From: an uncultured bacterium
GTDB lineage: Bacteria > Armatimonadota > HRBIN16
DNA: 49,780 nucleotides
Assembly (NCBI GenBank): GCA_937132045.1
Contig: CAKZNX010000162.1
Location: 1 to 49,780 of the forward strand
Direction of reading: 5' to 3'
Shown: one piece after another, positions 40,222-49,445 of the stretch
Layout of the letters: each line of letters starts with the position of its first letter
Numbering within the stretch: the first letter of the stretch is position 1
Notes under the pieces: generated by a model
What the model saw: only the letters and a program-made list of their open reading frames with translations
Told to the model about the DNA's origin: nothing
Database searches by the model: none
Position numbers and translations under genes: made by a program

Positions 40222-42960
40222 ATGAAACCAATCCTTGGCAGCCTGCTGCTGACCGCTGCACTGCTCACGTCCGCCAACGCCAGCCCCGACCTTGCCCGCC
40301 TCGAGGAGTTACTGAACGGTGCACGCATGGGGGCGCACACCACCGCGCGTCACCAGCAACGGTTCGCGGAGATACGCCCCGACACACCTGTTGGGCAGAC
40401 GTTCGTGGTGAGCGAACACGCAACCCACGTTTTCCGGGTGGCTATCTGGCAGGCGTTCTGGCATGAGTCGTGGCAGCCGGACGAAAAGCTGGTGATGACC
40501 CTCTGGGATAGCCCGCAGAAGCGCCTGTCGTATGGGCGCTACACGATACCTTACAGCCGGCGCATGTGGGAAGGCGCGGTGCCCATGTTCACTCTCGAGG
40601 CAAAGCTTCCACCCAGCCGAACATACTACCTGGAGTTGACCGTGGAGGTTGAGCGCGTCCGCCCCGCTGTCAGCACCGCCGCGGAAAGGCTGGAAGGTGA
40701 GCAGCTGCCCCCTATAGCATCGGGCGATGGGGTGCTGATGGGAATCGGCACAGCAGAGGACGACTATCCGCACGGTACCGCCATCGTGGGCGGTGAACCA
40801 CAGCCATACGACCTGTGGTTTGAGGTGCACGAGATACACCGGGTATCGCGTGAGACGCTGTTCGTGGAGGCGTTCCGACACTTCAATCTGGACTATCCGC
40901 CCCTCCAGCCCCTGCGCGAAGCGGTAGAACGCAAAGACTGGGAGACGGCAATCCGCCTGATGGTGGCACACTTCGAAAGCCGGCCCGACCTCGTTTCGCC
41001 CAGCACGCCGGCGGATAATGCCAACCCCGAATTCGATACGCGCGAGGCAGACCTCGCCTGCGAGGGCAAGGTGCTTGTTACACCCGACGGACTGATCGCC
41101 GACCTCGGACCGGAGTGGAACCACTACACCCTCTGGCCCGAGCGGGGCGGCGTGGGACTAACACGGGCAGGCTTGCGCAAACCGCTTGCTGGTGCCTACG
41201 CCAGCACCGGCAATGGGAAGTACGCCCGCGCCTTCAGCGAGATGCTGTATCACTTCTTCCGGCAGTGTCCGTCGCCGCTGAAGGCAGGGGTATGGAAACG
41301 CGAGCAGAAGATACCCGGCGCTCTGCCGCCCGGGCTGGCTGGCGGCTCGATCTGGTCAGGGCTGTCCATCGGTGCGCGGATGGGGCATGGATTCGCGTAT
41401 TATAGCCGGTTTATGCACTCGCCGTGGTTCCCTCTGTGGCTGCGAGCCGCCTTCATCTTCAACCTTGCCGAGATGGCGGAGGTACTGGAGCGCATGGAGG
41501 CGGGCGGAAACTGGGAAGCACAGATCGCCACGACCCTGTACGAGTTTGGACTGGCCTACCCCGAATTCGCCGGGGCTAAACGCTGGATCGAGCAGGGTGT
41601 GCAGGTGACCATCGAGAACGCGCGCGGCAGTGTGTTCCGCGACGGAGTGCTCCGCGAGCCGACCACTGGATACCACCTGCTGGTCATGGCACGCTACCGC
41701 AACCTGATCAAACGGGCTGGCGAGCTGGGCATCACCGTGCCCGAGGACATCCGCGCACTCACCGAGCGAATGCACGAATATGTGATGTACTCGACTCTGC
41801 CAGACGGCACTCTGCCCATCTGGGGCGACGGCAACCCGCCCATGCGACCGGATGTGTTGCGCGAGGCGGCGGACATTTTCCGTCGAGAGGACTTCCGTTT
41901 CATCGGTAGTGCGGGCGCTGAGGGGCGACCACCTCAGCGCACCTCGGTGGGATTCCCAGACGGTGGCTTCTATTACATGCGAAACTCCTGGCGTCCCGAT
42001 TCGCACTACATGGGCATCCGATGCGGTCCGTTCGGTAGTCACGGGCACTACGATGCCCTCAGCATCATCGTCGCTCCGTTTGGCAGGACGCTATTGATAG
42101 ACCCTGGCGTGTACATATATGGCACGACGGAGGCGGCGGAGCTCTCCCATACCCGCTCTCACAACACCGTCACCGTGGACGGGGCGAGAACGGCACGGAA
42201 TGGTATCCCCGACCTGTGGGTGACCGCCGAGGGATTTGACTTCTTCGCCGGTCACAACGACGGCTTTCAAGGTGTTCCCGACGCTCGCCACCACCGACGC
42301 ATCTGGTTTCTCAAACCGCGACGGGGCTTCGAAGGCTTCTGGCTGATTGTCGATGACGTTCTCGGCTCGGGGGAGCGCGAGGCGCGTGCGCATTTCCGCT
42401 TTCACCGGGTGAACATGCAGGCGGACGGCTTCGTGCGAACTGCGGAAGACGACGCGAACCTGATGATCCAGGAGGTGGCATCCGTTCCGGCTCGACTACA
42501 GCTCAGTAAGGGCATTGCGGTGGTGGACGAGAGTGGACTGACGCAGGTGCCCACCGCCGACTTCGTGCGTCGCGGGTCGCTACCACTCTCGTTCACGTTC
42601 CTCATGACACCATTCCGCCAGAAGACGCCGCCTGCCGTGCGGTCAGTTGCTTTGCGCCTGGAGCCCTCGGCTCCCGACGCGCGCGCCGTGTGGATCGAAC
42701 AGGCACAGCGAGGCTGGTTGATTGTGCTCGATGGCGTCTCTTCCCTGCATGCGGAACCGCAGTTGCGCAAAACGACCCTGCCGGATGGAACGACCGTGAG
42801 CGTGCGCGGTGCGGGCAACATCATCGAGTTTGCTCGTGAGCGCAATCGCTGGAGGGCGGTGAGATTGATGGGCGTTCGCCTGCAGGAGGCGACGCTTGGC
42901 GGCAAGACGCTTTTCCGCATGGAGAAGCCCGAAGAGAGCGTGGAAACACTCGTTCGCTGA
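40222..42960 (+). CDS. Secreted heparinase II/III-family polysaccharide lyase-like protein with an extra ~200-aa N-terminal domain
   Basis: Signal peptide MKPILGSLLLTAALLTSANA/S. FGSHGHYDALSIIVAPFGRTLLIDPGVYIY and SHNTVTVDG, hallmark strings of the Hepar_II_III C-terminal domain, preceded by an alpha/alpha-toroid-like region. Confidence 0.8.
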   Translation: MKPILGSLLLTAALLTSANASPDLARLEELLNGARMGAHTTARHQQRFAEIRPDTPVGQTFVVSEHATHVFRVAIWQAFWHESWQPDEKLVMTLWDSPQKRLSYGRYTIPYSRRMWEGAVPMFTLEAKLPPSRTYYLELTVEVERVRPAVSTAAERLEGEQLPPIASGDGVLMGIGTAEDDYPHGTAIVGGEPQPYDLWFEVHEIHRVSRETLFVEAFRHFNLDYPPLQPLREAVERKDWETAIRLMVAHFESRPDLVSPSTPADNANPEFDTREADLACEGKVLVTPDGLIADLGPEWNHYTLWPERGGVGLTRAGLRKPLAGAYASTGNGKYARAFSEMLYHFFRQCPSPLKAGVWKREQKIPGALPPGLAGGSIWSGLSIGARMGHGFAYYSRFMHSPWFPLWLRAAFIFNLAEMAEVLERMEAGGNWEAQIATTLYEFGLAYPEFAGAKRWIEQGVQVTIENARGSVFRDGVLREPTTGYHLLVMARYRNLIKRAGELGITVPEDIRALTERMHEYVMYSTLPDGTLPIWGDGNPPMRPDVLREAADIFRREDFRFIGSAGAEGRPPQRTSVGFPDGGFYYMRNSWRPDSHYMGIRCGPFGSHGHYDALSIIVAPFGRTLLIDPGVYIYGTTEAAELSHTRSHNTVTVDGARTARNGIPDLWVTAEGFDFFAGHNDGFQGVPDARHHRRIWFLKPRRGFEGFWLIVDDVLGSGEREARAHFRFHRVNMQADGFVRTAEDDANLMIQEVASVPARLQLSKGIAVVDESGLTQVPTADFVRRGSLPLSFTFLMTPFRQKTPPAVRSVALRLEPSAPDARAVWIEQAQRGWLIVLDGVSSLHAEPQLRKTTLPDGTTVSVRGAGNIIEFARERNRWRAVRLMGVRLQEATLGGKTLFRMEKPEESVETLVR

Positions 42961-43032
42961 CAGATTGCGGAAGGATTCTCCTCTGGAACGCGCGAAAGTT
43001 GCAGAGGTTACTGGAGGAGGTCAAGTGCCCGG

Positions 43033-44991
43033 ATGGCGTCACCGCCGGAGACCCCGAAGACCTTTCACTGGCGTACGCTGATACTTGGCGCGGTGCTGTC
43101 TGCCGCAGTTGCCTACGTCACCACCTATTCCGATATGGTGGTCAAGGGCATGCAGTTGGGTGTGCTGCAGTTTGCGCCGGGCGCCGTCGGTTCGTTCCTG
43201 CTGGTGTACGGCGCGGTTCGGCTGCTGAAGGCGTTCGGCAGGCTGCGCTGGATGACTGCCTCCGATATGCTCATCATCTACCTCATGCTGTTTGCCGCGG
43301 TGTTTGTCAGCACGCGCGGCTTCACCGAGAAGCTGATGCCCGCTCCGGTCTATCTGAATTACTACGCCGACCCGGTGAATCAGTTCGCGCAACGGTTCAT
43401 CCCCCACGTCAATCCGGCTCTTGTGGCGTTTGACCCGGAGGGCGAACTGAAGCAACCCGTCGCCGTCGAATTCTACGAGAGCTTGCGCAGTGGCAGTATC
43501 CCGTGGATGAAGTGGGTGCGACCGTTGACCGCCTGGTTCCTGCTATACTGCCTGCTAGCATGGAGCCTGTTCTGCATCGGCGCGATTCTCCGCAAGCAGT
43601 GGGCAGACCACGAACGACTGACCTTCCCGCACACCATTCTGCCCACGCGCCTGCTCGACGAAAGCCTGTCGCGACAGTTCCTGCGTTCCCCGTTGACGTG
43701 GATGGGTTTCACGCTCGCCTTCGTGCCGTTTCTCATCAACGGCATCCATCTGGCAGTGCCCACCTTTCCGGAGATTCCCCTGCTGTTCTGGAATGTGCAG
43801 AACCTGTTCACCAGCCCGCCGTGGAACCAGATGTTCGGCACCAGTATCTTTGTGTCGTTCGCGGCGATGGGTTTCGCCTACTTCCTGCCGAATGACCTGC
43901 TGTTCAGCCTGTGGTTCTTCTTTGCGCTCACCCGTCTGGCGGATGTGTTTGCAGCCTCTTACGGCATTGAACTGCAAAACATGCCTTCCTACCCTACACG
44001 GCATTACATCGGCTACCAGGTGGCGGGGGCGTATGTGGTGATCGCTATCGTGTTTGTGCGCAGCGGGTGGGGCTACTACCGGCAGGTGGTGCAGTCCGCT
44101 TTTCAGAAGCACTCTCCTTCAGCGGCGGGGGAAGCGTTGAGCAGTCGCTGGGCGGTGTGGGGACTGATAGCCGGGTTCGTGGGTATCATGGCGTGGTGTC
44201 TGTGGGCGGGCATCAGTCTGTGGCTGGCGGTTGCGCTCTGGGCAATATTCCTTTTCGTTACCTGCACGGTGATGGCGCGCAGCGTCGCCGAGGCAGGCTT
44301 CCTGATGACCGAGACCTCGTTCAAGCCCAGTGACATCGTAGGTATCTTCAGCGCCAAGCAGCTCTGGGGGAACACCAGCTGGACGCACCTTGCTTTTCTG
44401 GACGCCATCTTCTTCCGCGACCTGCGCGGAATGCTCCTGTCGCTGTTTCTGGACAGTCAGCAGCTGGCTCCCCGTCACGGTCTCCGACGGGCGGTGCTGC
44501 CGGTGGTGTTCGGCATCGCCATCGTGGTCGGCTTTCTCTCTGCCGCCGTGAGCGAGCTGTGGCTTCACTACACTCGTGGCGGCGTGAACCTGTATGGCTA
44601 TCCCAATGCAAATGTCTCGTGGGCGTTCACCGATGCCAGCAACGCACTCACCGGAGCCGACAAACTCACTCCTCCATCACCGCTATGGTTCAGCGTGGGC
44701 ATCGGGGTAACGGGACTGCTCTACTACCTGCGCAATACGTTTGTGGGATTTCCCCTGCACCCGCTGGGTTACGCACTGTGCCCCTCCTGGACGATGTATG
44801 TCATCTGGTTCCCCGTGCTGGTGACGTGGATACTGAAGTCGCTCATCCAGCGCTACGGCGGCTACAACCTGTATCTTCGCTGGATGCCCTTCTTTCTGGG
44901 GATGATACTGGGTGAGTTCAGTTGCGCGGCGATGTGGGCGGTGCTCGCCAGCACCACCGGTCTGCTGGCGCCCTCGTTTCCCTGGCCCTGA
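43033..44991 (+). CDS. Large polytopic membrane protein (>=12 predicted TM segments), function unknown, possible transporter
   Basis: 652 aa and hydrophobic throughout. I recognise no MFS/ABC/SSS signature. Confidence 0.7.
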   Translation: MASPPETPKTFHWRTLILGAVLSAAVAYVTTYSDMVVKGMQLGVLQFAPGAVGSFLLVYGAVRLLKAFGRLRWMTASDMLIIYLMLFAAVFVSTRGFTEKLMPAPVYLNYYADPVNQFAQRFIPHVNPALVAFDPEGELKQPVAVEFYESLRSGSIPWMKWVRPLTAWFLLYCLLAWSLFCIGAILRKQWADHERLTFPHTILPTRLLDESLSRQFLRSPLTWMGFTLAFVPFLINGIHLAVPTFPEIPLLFWNVQNLFTSPPWNQMFGTSIFVSFAAMGFAYFLPNDLLFSLWFFFALTRLADVFAASYGIELQNMPSYPTRHYIGYQVAGAYVVIAIVFVRSGWGYYRQVVQSAFQKHSPSAAGEALSSRWAVWGLIAGFVGIMAWCLWAGISLWLAVALWAIFLFVTCTVMARSVAEAGFLMTETSFKPSDIVGIFSAKQLWGNTSWTHLAFLDAIFFRDLRGMLLSLFLDSQQLAPRHGLRRAVLPVVFGIAIVVGFLSAAVSELWLHYTRGGVNLYGYPNANVSWAFTDASNALTGADKLTPPSPLWFSVGIGVTGLLYYLRNTFVGFPLHPLGYALCPSWTMYVIWFPVLVTWILKSLIQRYGGYNLYLRWMPFFLGMILGEFSCAAMWAVLASTTGLLAPSFPWP

Positions 44992-44998
44992 CAAGCGA

Positions 44999-46024
44999 TC
45001 ACGCCACCACGTTCTGGGGTGCCCCCTGAAGAAACGCCTTCAGGTTCTCCAGCGTGACGTCCAGAATGCGCTGCACCGCTTCCTGACTGTTAAACGCGAT
45101 ATGGGGCGTGAACACCACATTTTCGCGCCTCAGCAACAGGTGCGCCTGAACCAGCTGACGAAGCGTCTGCTCTGCGACCGGCATCTTCAACAGCGCGGTT
45201 TCATCGGTGATATACTCCTCGCCCTCGATCACGTCCAGCCCGGCGCCGCCCAGAATGCCTTCCTCCAGCGCCCACAACAGCGCCTCCGTGTCCACCACCG
45301 ACCCCCGCGCTGTGTTGATCAGCAGAGCGCCGCGCTTCATTTTGCTCAGCGTCTCCCGGTTAATCAGGTGGTGGGTGGCAGGCGTCGCGGGCACGTGCAG
45401 GGTCACGATGTCCGAGTCGGCGAGCAGGGTGTCGAGGTCGGTGTAGGTGAAACCCAGCACGTCTGCCAGCAGGCGCTGAGGGCGAGCATCGTATGCCAGC
45501 ACGCGCATCCCAAACCCTCGCGCAATGCGTATCACGTGCAGACCGATACTGCCCGCTCCGACCACGCCGATAGTCTTGCCGTAAAGGTCGAAGCCGCGCA
45601 GCGAACCGATGTGATACTCACCACGCAGTCCCTGAAAGTACGCCGCGTGCAGCTTGCGCGATAGCGACAGAATCAGCGCAAAAGTGTGTTCCGCCACAGT
45701 GTTTTCACCGTAGTGCGGCACGTTGCACACGGTGATGCCCCGCTCACGACAGGCTTCCAGGTCGATATGGTCGTAGCCTGTGGACATCGTGAGGATAAGG
45801 CGAACGCGCGGCAGAACCTCCAGCGTCTTGCGGCTTACCTTCGTGCCGATGAACACCGCCAGAACGTCGTACTGTGTGCAGCGCTCACAACCATCGGGCG
45901 TGAGCTGGTGGGGCAGAAACTCCGCCTCTACCAATTCGTCAAGGCTCAGGCGACGCAGTCCCTCTGCAATGTACTGCGCCTGCCAGTCTTTTATTTCGAA
46001 GAAGCCTGCATGCAAAGTCTCCAT
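44999..46024 (-). CDS. D-isomer-specific 2-hydroxyacid dehydrogenase (LdhA/PGDH-like)
   Basis: GKTIGVVGAGSIGLHVIRIARGFGMRVLAYD, LINTARGSVVD, AGLDVIEGE and VFTPHIAF. Confidence 0.9.
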   Translation of the reverse strand: METLHAGFFEIKDWQAQYIAEGLRRLSLDELVEAEFLPHQLTPDGCERCTQYDVLAVFIGTKVSRKTLEVLPRVRLILTMSTGYDHIDLEACRERGITVCNVPHYGENTVAEHTFALILSLSRKLHAAYFQGLRGEYHIGSLRGFDLYGKTIGVVGAGSIGLHVIRIARGFGMRVLAYDARPQRLLADVLGFTYTDLDTLLADSDIVTLHVPATPATHHLINRETLSKMKRGALLINTARGSVVDTEALLWALEEGILGGAGLDVIEGEEYITDETALLKMPVAEQTLRQLVQAHLLLRRENVVFTPHIAFNSQEAVQRILDVTLENLKAFLQGAPQNVVA

Positions 46025-46152
46025 AGCGTCTCTATTTTACCCCGCCAAACGCCCCTTTTTCACCGGTGAACGGTGCAGGAGGAGAACAGCAGCGCAGGGA
46101 ATCCAAAACAAAGCAACTCAAACGAAGGTGCAAAGCGAACCGAGGAGGCATT

Positions 46153-47817
46153 GTGTCGGACAGAACGATCCGTCTGGGCATTGTGGGTGCTGGGGGACGC
46201 GGAGCGAGTTTCAAAGCGGTCTGCGACCTCGTGCCAGACGTAACGATCCACGCGGTCTGCGATACCGATTCCCACCGCCTGGACTCGGCAGCAGAACAGC
46301 TGGGCGCACAGGAACGCTATACCGACTTTCGGCAGATGCTGGACAGGTCGGAGATTGACGCTGTGTTTATCGCCACCCCCATGCCTCTGCACGCGCCGCA
46401 GTCCATTGAGGCATTGCGCTCTGGCAGGCACGTGCTGTGTGAAGTGCCCGCTGCCGTCTCGGTGGAGGAGTGTCGGGAACTGGTGCAGGCGGTGCGTGAG
46501 AGCAGCGCCGTGTACATGATGGCGGAAAACTACATCTACGCCAAGCCCATTGTCGTCGTCACCGAGATGGTCCGGCGAGGGCTTTTCGGTACCACCTACT
46601 ACGCCGAGGGCGAATACGTGCATGAGCTGAAAGAGCTGAACGAGCAAACCCCATGGCGCCGACGCTGGCAGACCGGCATCAACGGCAACACCTACCCCAC
46701 TCACAGCCTCGGTCCGATCCTGCAGTGGATGCCCGGCGACCGCGTGGTGGCGGTATCGTGCGCGGGAAGTGGACACCACTATCGCGACCCCCGTGGCGAC
46801 CTGTACGAAAACGAGGACACCACCATCACCCTGTGCAGGATGAAGTCTGGCGGATTGGTGAAACTGCGCCTGGACATGCTATCCGACCGACCCCACGCCA
46901 TGAACGTTTATCAGCTGCAGGGCACTGATGGCTGTTACGAATCGGCGCAGGCGCGCGGTGAGGCAGACCGGGTTTGGGTGCGCTCGCTCTGCCCCGATAT
47001 GAACACCTGGCTAGCCCTGCACGAACTCGAAGAGCAGTTTCTGCCGGAGGACTGGAAGGCGCGCAGCGAGATGGCTCTGCGCACCGGGCATGGTGGCGGC
47101 GATTACCACGTGCTGATGGACTTCCTTCAGGCGATACGTGGTGAAAAGCCGCCCGCAGTGGACGTGCACTTCGCTCTGGACATGACCCTTCCCGGTCTGC
47201 TCAGCCAGATATCCATTGCACAGGGTGGGCGCTGGGTGGAGGTGCCAGACTCGGGAGTGTGGGGTACGGACGCGGAACCCAAGCCGCAGTTGCAGATGCT
47301 CTATCCGCCCGCGCGATTCGCCTCCATTCCCGAGCCAGAGCTGCCGGGCGGTTATTCTCTGCGCCACATCCGCCCGGGTGAAGAGGAGCAGTACCTGGCG
47401 CTGATGCGGTCGGTGGGCTTCGCCGAAAACTGGACGGTAGCCGATGTTCAGCGGTTCATGCGCAACGTGCTGCCCGGAGGCTTCTTTGTGGTGGAACATA
47501 CAGCCACAGGACGTCTTGTTGCCACCGCGATGGCGAACCACTCGCCCAGCGAACAGCACCCCAACGCAGGCGTGCTGGATTGGGTGGCAGCAGACCCCGA
47601 GCATCGCGGTAAAGGACTGGGCAAGGTGGTCGTGTATGCAGTGCTGCGGCTGCTGATACAGCGCGGCTACCAGCGCATCTACCTGCTTACCGACGACTGG
47701 CGCCTGCCCGCAATCGCCACCTATCTGTCGCTTGGCTGGGAACCTTTGATCGATAACGAGGAAATGCGCCTGCGGTGGGATAAGGTATTAAAGGAGTTGA
47801 AACAAGCTGGCAACTAG
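46153..47817 (+). CDS. Fusion protein: Gfo/Idh/MocA oxidoreductase (N) plus GNAT N-acetyltransferase (C)
   Basis: IRLGIVGAGGRGASF, VLCEVPAA; C-terminal ~160 aa VVEHTATGRLVATAMAN...DWVAADPEHRGKGLGKVVVYAVLRLLIQRGYQRIYLLTDD. The likely start is GTG 46153 after GAGGAGG. The upstream part of the track ORF lies in the divergent promoter region. Confidence 0.8.
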   Translation: MSDRTIRLGIVGAGGRGASFKAVCDLVPDVTIHAVCDTDSHRLDSAAEQLGAQERYTDFRQMLDRSEIDAVFIATPMPLHAPQSIEALRSGRHVLCEVPAAVSVEECRELVQAVRESSAVYMMAENYIYAKPIVVVTEMVRRGLFGTTYYAEGEYVHELKELNEQTPWRRRWQTGINGNTYPTHSLGPILQWMPGDRVVAVSCAGSGHHYRDPRGDLYENEDTTITLCRMKSGGLVKLRLDMLSDRPHAMNVYQLQGTDGCYESAQARGEADRVWVRSLCPDMNTWLALHELEEQFLPEDWKARSEMALRTGHGGGDYHVLMDFLQAIRGEKPPAVDVHFALDMTLPGLLSQISIAQGGRWVEVPDSGVWGTDAEPKPQLQMLYPPARFASIPEPELPGGYSLRHIRPGEEEQYLALMRSVGFAENWTVADVQRFMRNVLPGGFFVVEHTATGRLVATAMANHSPSEQHPNAGVLDWVAADPEHRGKGLGKVVVYAVLRLLIQRGYQRIYLLTDDWRLPAIATYLSLGWEPLIDNEEMRLRWDKVLKELKQAGN

Positions 47818-47831
47818 TACGGGAGGGGTTC

Positions 47832-48902
47832 ATGCGTGAAGAATCATTCCAGTTTCTGCGCCAGATAGTCAATACGCCAAGCCCGTCTGGTTACGAGTGG
47901 AAGGCTCAAGCCATCTTCAGAGATTACGCCGGTCGTTACGCGGATGAGGTTCACACAGATGTACTTGGCAACGCATACGCCGCCATCAACCCTGAAGGTT
48001 ATCCCCGTGTGATGCTGTCCGGGCATGTGGACGAGATCGGGTTCGTGGTGCACTACATCAGCGACGAGGGCTTCATCTTCTTCAGCCCGGTGGGCGGACA
48101 CGACTCCATTGTGCCCGTCGGTCATCGGGTGCGCATCCACACCAAACACGGTCCGGTACTGGGCGTTATCGGGCGCAAGGCAGTACACCTGCTATCGGAT
48201 GAGGAGCGGCGCAAGAAGCCGGAGCTCAGTGACCTGTGGATCGACATCGGCGCTACCAGTAAGGCGGAGGCACAGGAGCAGGTACGACTCGGCGACCCCA
48301 TCACCTACGTAGATGAACTGCAGACACTGCGCAGCGACTTCGTGACCGCCAGAGGCTTTGACAACAAAATGGGTAGTTTCGTGGTGGCAGAGGCATTGCG
48401 ACTGCTGAGCGAGCACCGATCCGAACTGAAGTGCGCCGTGTATGCCGTCTCGACGGTTCAGGAGGAAGTGGGACTGCGTGGTGCGCGAACGGTCGCCTAC
48501 GAGGTAGACCCGCAGGTGGCGATCACTGTGGATGTCGGACACAGCATCGACTATCCGGGCGTGGACAAAAAGAAGCATGGGGAGCAAGTCATCTCGAAGG
48601 GACCCGTCGTGTGCAGAGGGTCGCACATCAACCCGCTGGTGTTCGAGATGCTGGTAAACACCGCGGAAGAGAAGCAGATTCCATACCAGATAGAGGTGGC
48701 AGGAGGAGGCACAGGCACCGACACCGACGTTATCCAGCTTTCACGCTCTGGCGTGGCAACAGGTCTGGTATCGGTACCGATACGCTACATGCACACACCC
48801 TGCGAGATACTGCATCTGGGTGACCTGGAGAACACGGTTCGCCTGCTGGCAGAGTTCACCCTGAAGGTTCATGCAGGTATCAACTGGACACCAACCGGAT
48901 AG
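47832..48902 (+). CDS. M42-family (TET/FrvX/YsdC-like) metallo-aminopeptidase
   Basis: TPSPSGYE, SGHVDEIGF, ARGFDNK and VQEEVGLRGA. GGGAGGGG lies before the ATG. Confidence 0.9.
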   Translation: MREESFQFLRQIVNTPSPSGYEWKAQAIFRDYAGRYADEVHTDVLGNAYAAINPEGYPRVMLSGHVDEIGFVVHYISDEGFIFFSPVGGHDSIVPVGHRVRIHTKHGPVLGVIGRKAVHLLSDEERRKKPELSDLWIDIGATSKAEAQEQVRLGDPITYVDELQTLRSDFVTARGFDNKMGSFVVAEALRLLSEHRSELKCAVYAVSTVQEEVGLRGARTVAYEVDPQVAITVDVGHSIDYPGVDKKKHGEQVISKGPVVCRGSHINPLVFEMLVNTAEEKQIPYQIEVAGGGTGTDTDVIQLSRSGVATGLVSVPIRYMHTPCEILHLGDLENTVRLLAEFTLKVHAGINWTPTG

Positions 48903-48915
48903 CTGAGGGAGCGCC

Positions 48916-49437
48916 ATGATACCACCCCAAGTGCCAACCCGACGTGGGATGAGTTGCTGGACAATCGGAGTGCTGTCCTGCCTGGGGGCGATTGCGCTGC
49001 TGGTGATTGGCATGGCTGTGCTCTTCATCTACGTCTCGCGCCAGCCGGAGTTCAAACAGGCGATGTCGACAGGTGTGCAGGTAGCCCAGTGCCAGGCGAA
49101 CATGCAGGAAATCTATCAGGCGATTGGACGCTACCGACAGCGCAACAATGACAGCTATCCCCAGAGCCTGAACGAACTGGTGCCGCGCTACCTCGCCGAG
49201 GCGGGGAAATTGAAGTGTCCTGCAGACACCTCGGACGTCCCCACCAGCTACCGATACCTGCGCCCGACGAAGGACAGCCCGGAGACCGCTCCCCTCCTGC
49301 AGTGCGACCACCACAAGGTGATGAATCAGTCTCTGCCGGTCATCCTGCTGAAGAACGGACAGATAATCAGCGGCAGCGCAGGTCGGGCTCCGGGCGGCGC
49401 CCGCGACAGCCAGTTGCCCGTCCCAGGCGCGAGGTGA
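48916..49437 (+). CDS. TM-anchored hypothetical protein with a pilin-like (DUF1559 N-part-like) ectodomain
   Basis: TM CWTIGVLSCLGAIALLVIGMAVLFIYV, then AQCQANMQEIYQAIGRYRQRNNDSYPQSLNELVPRYL...KCPAD. This resembles the post-helix region of pseudopilins but lacks the prepilin G/FTLIE motif. Confidence 0.6.
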   Translation: MIPPQVPTRRGMSCWTIGVLSCLGAIALLVIGMAVLFIYVSRQPEFKQAMSTGVQVAQCQANMQEIYQAIGRYRQRNNDSYPQSLNELVPRYLAEAGKLKCPADTSDVPTSYRYLRPTKDSPETAPLLQCDHHKVMNQSLPVILLKNGQIISGSAGRAPGGARDSQLPVPGAR

Positions 49438-49445
49438 TCAGACCG

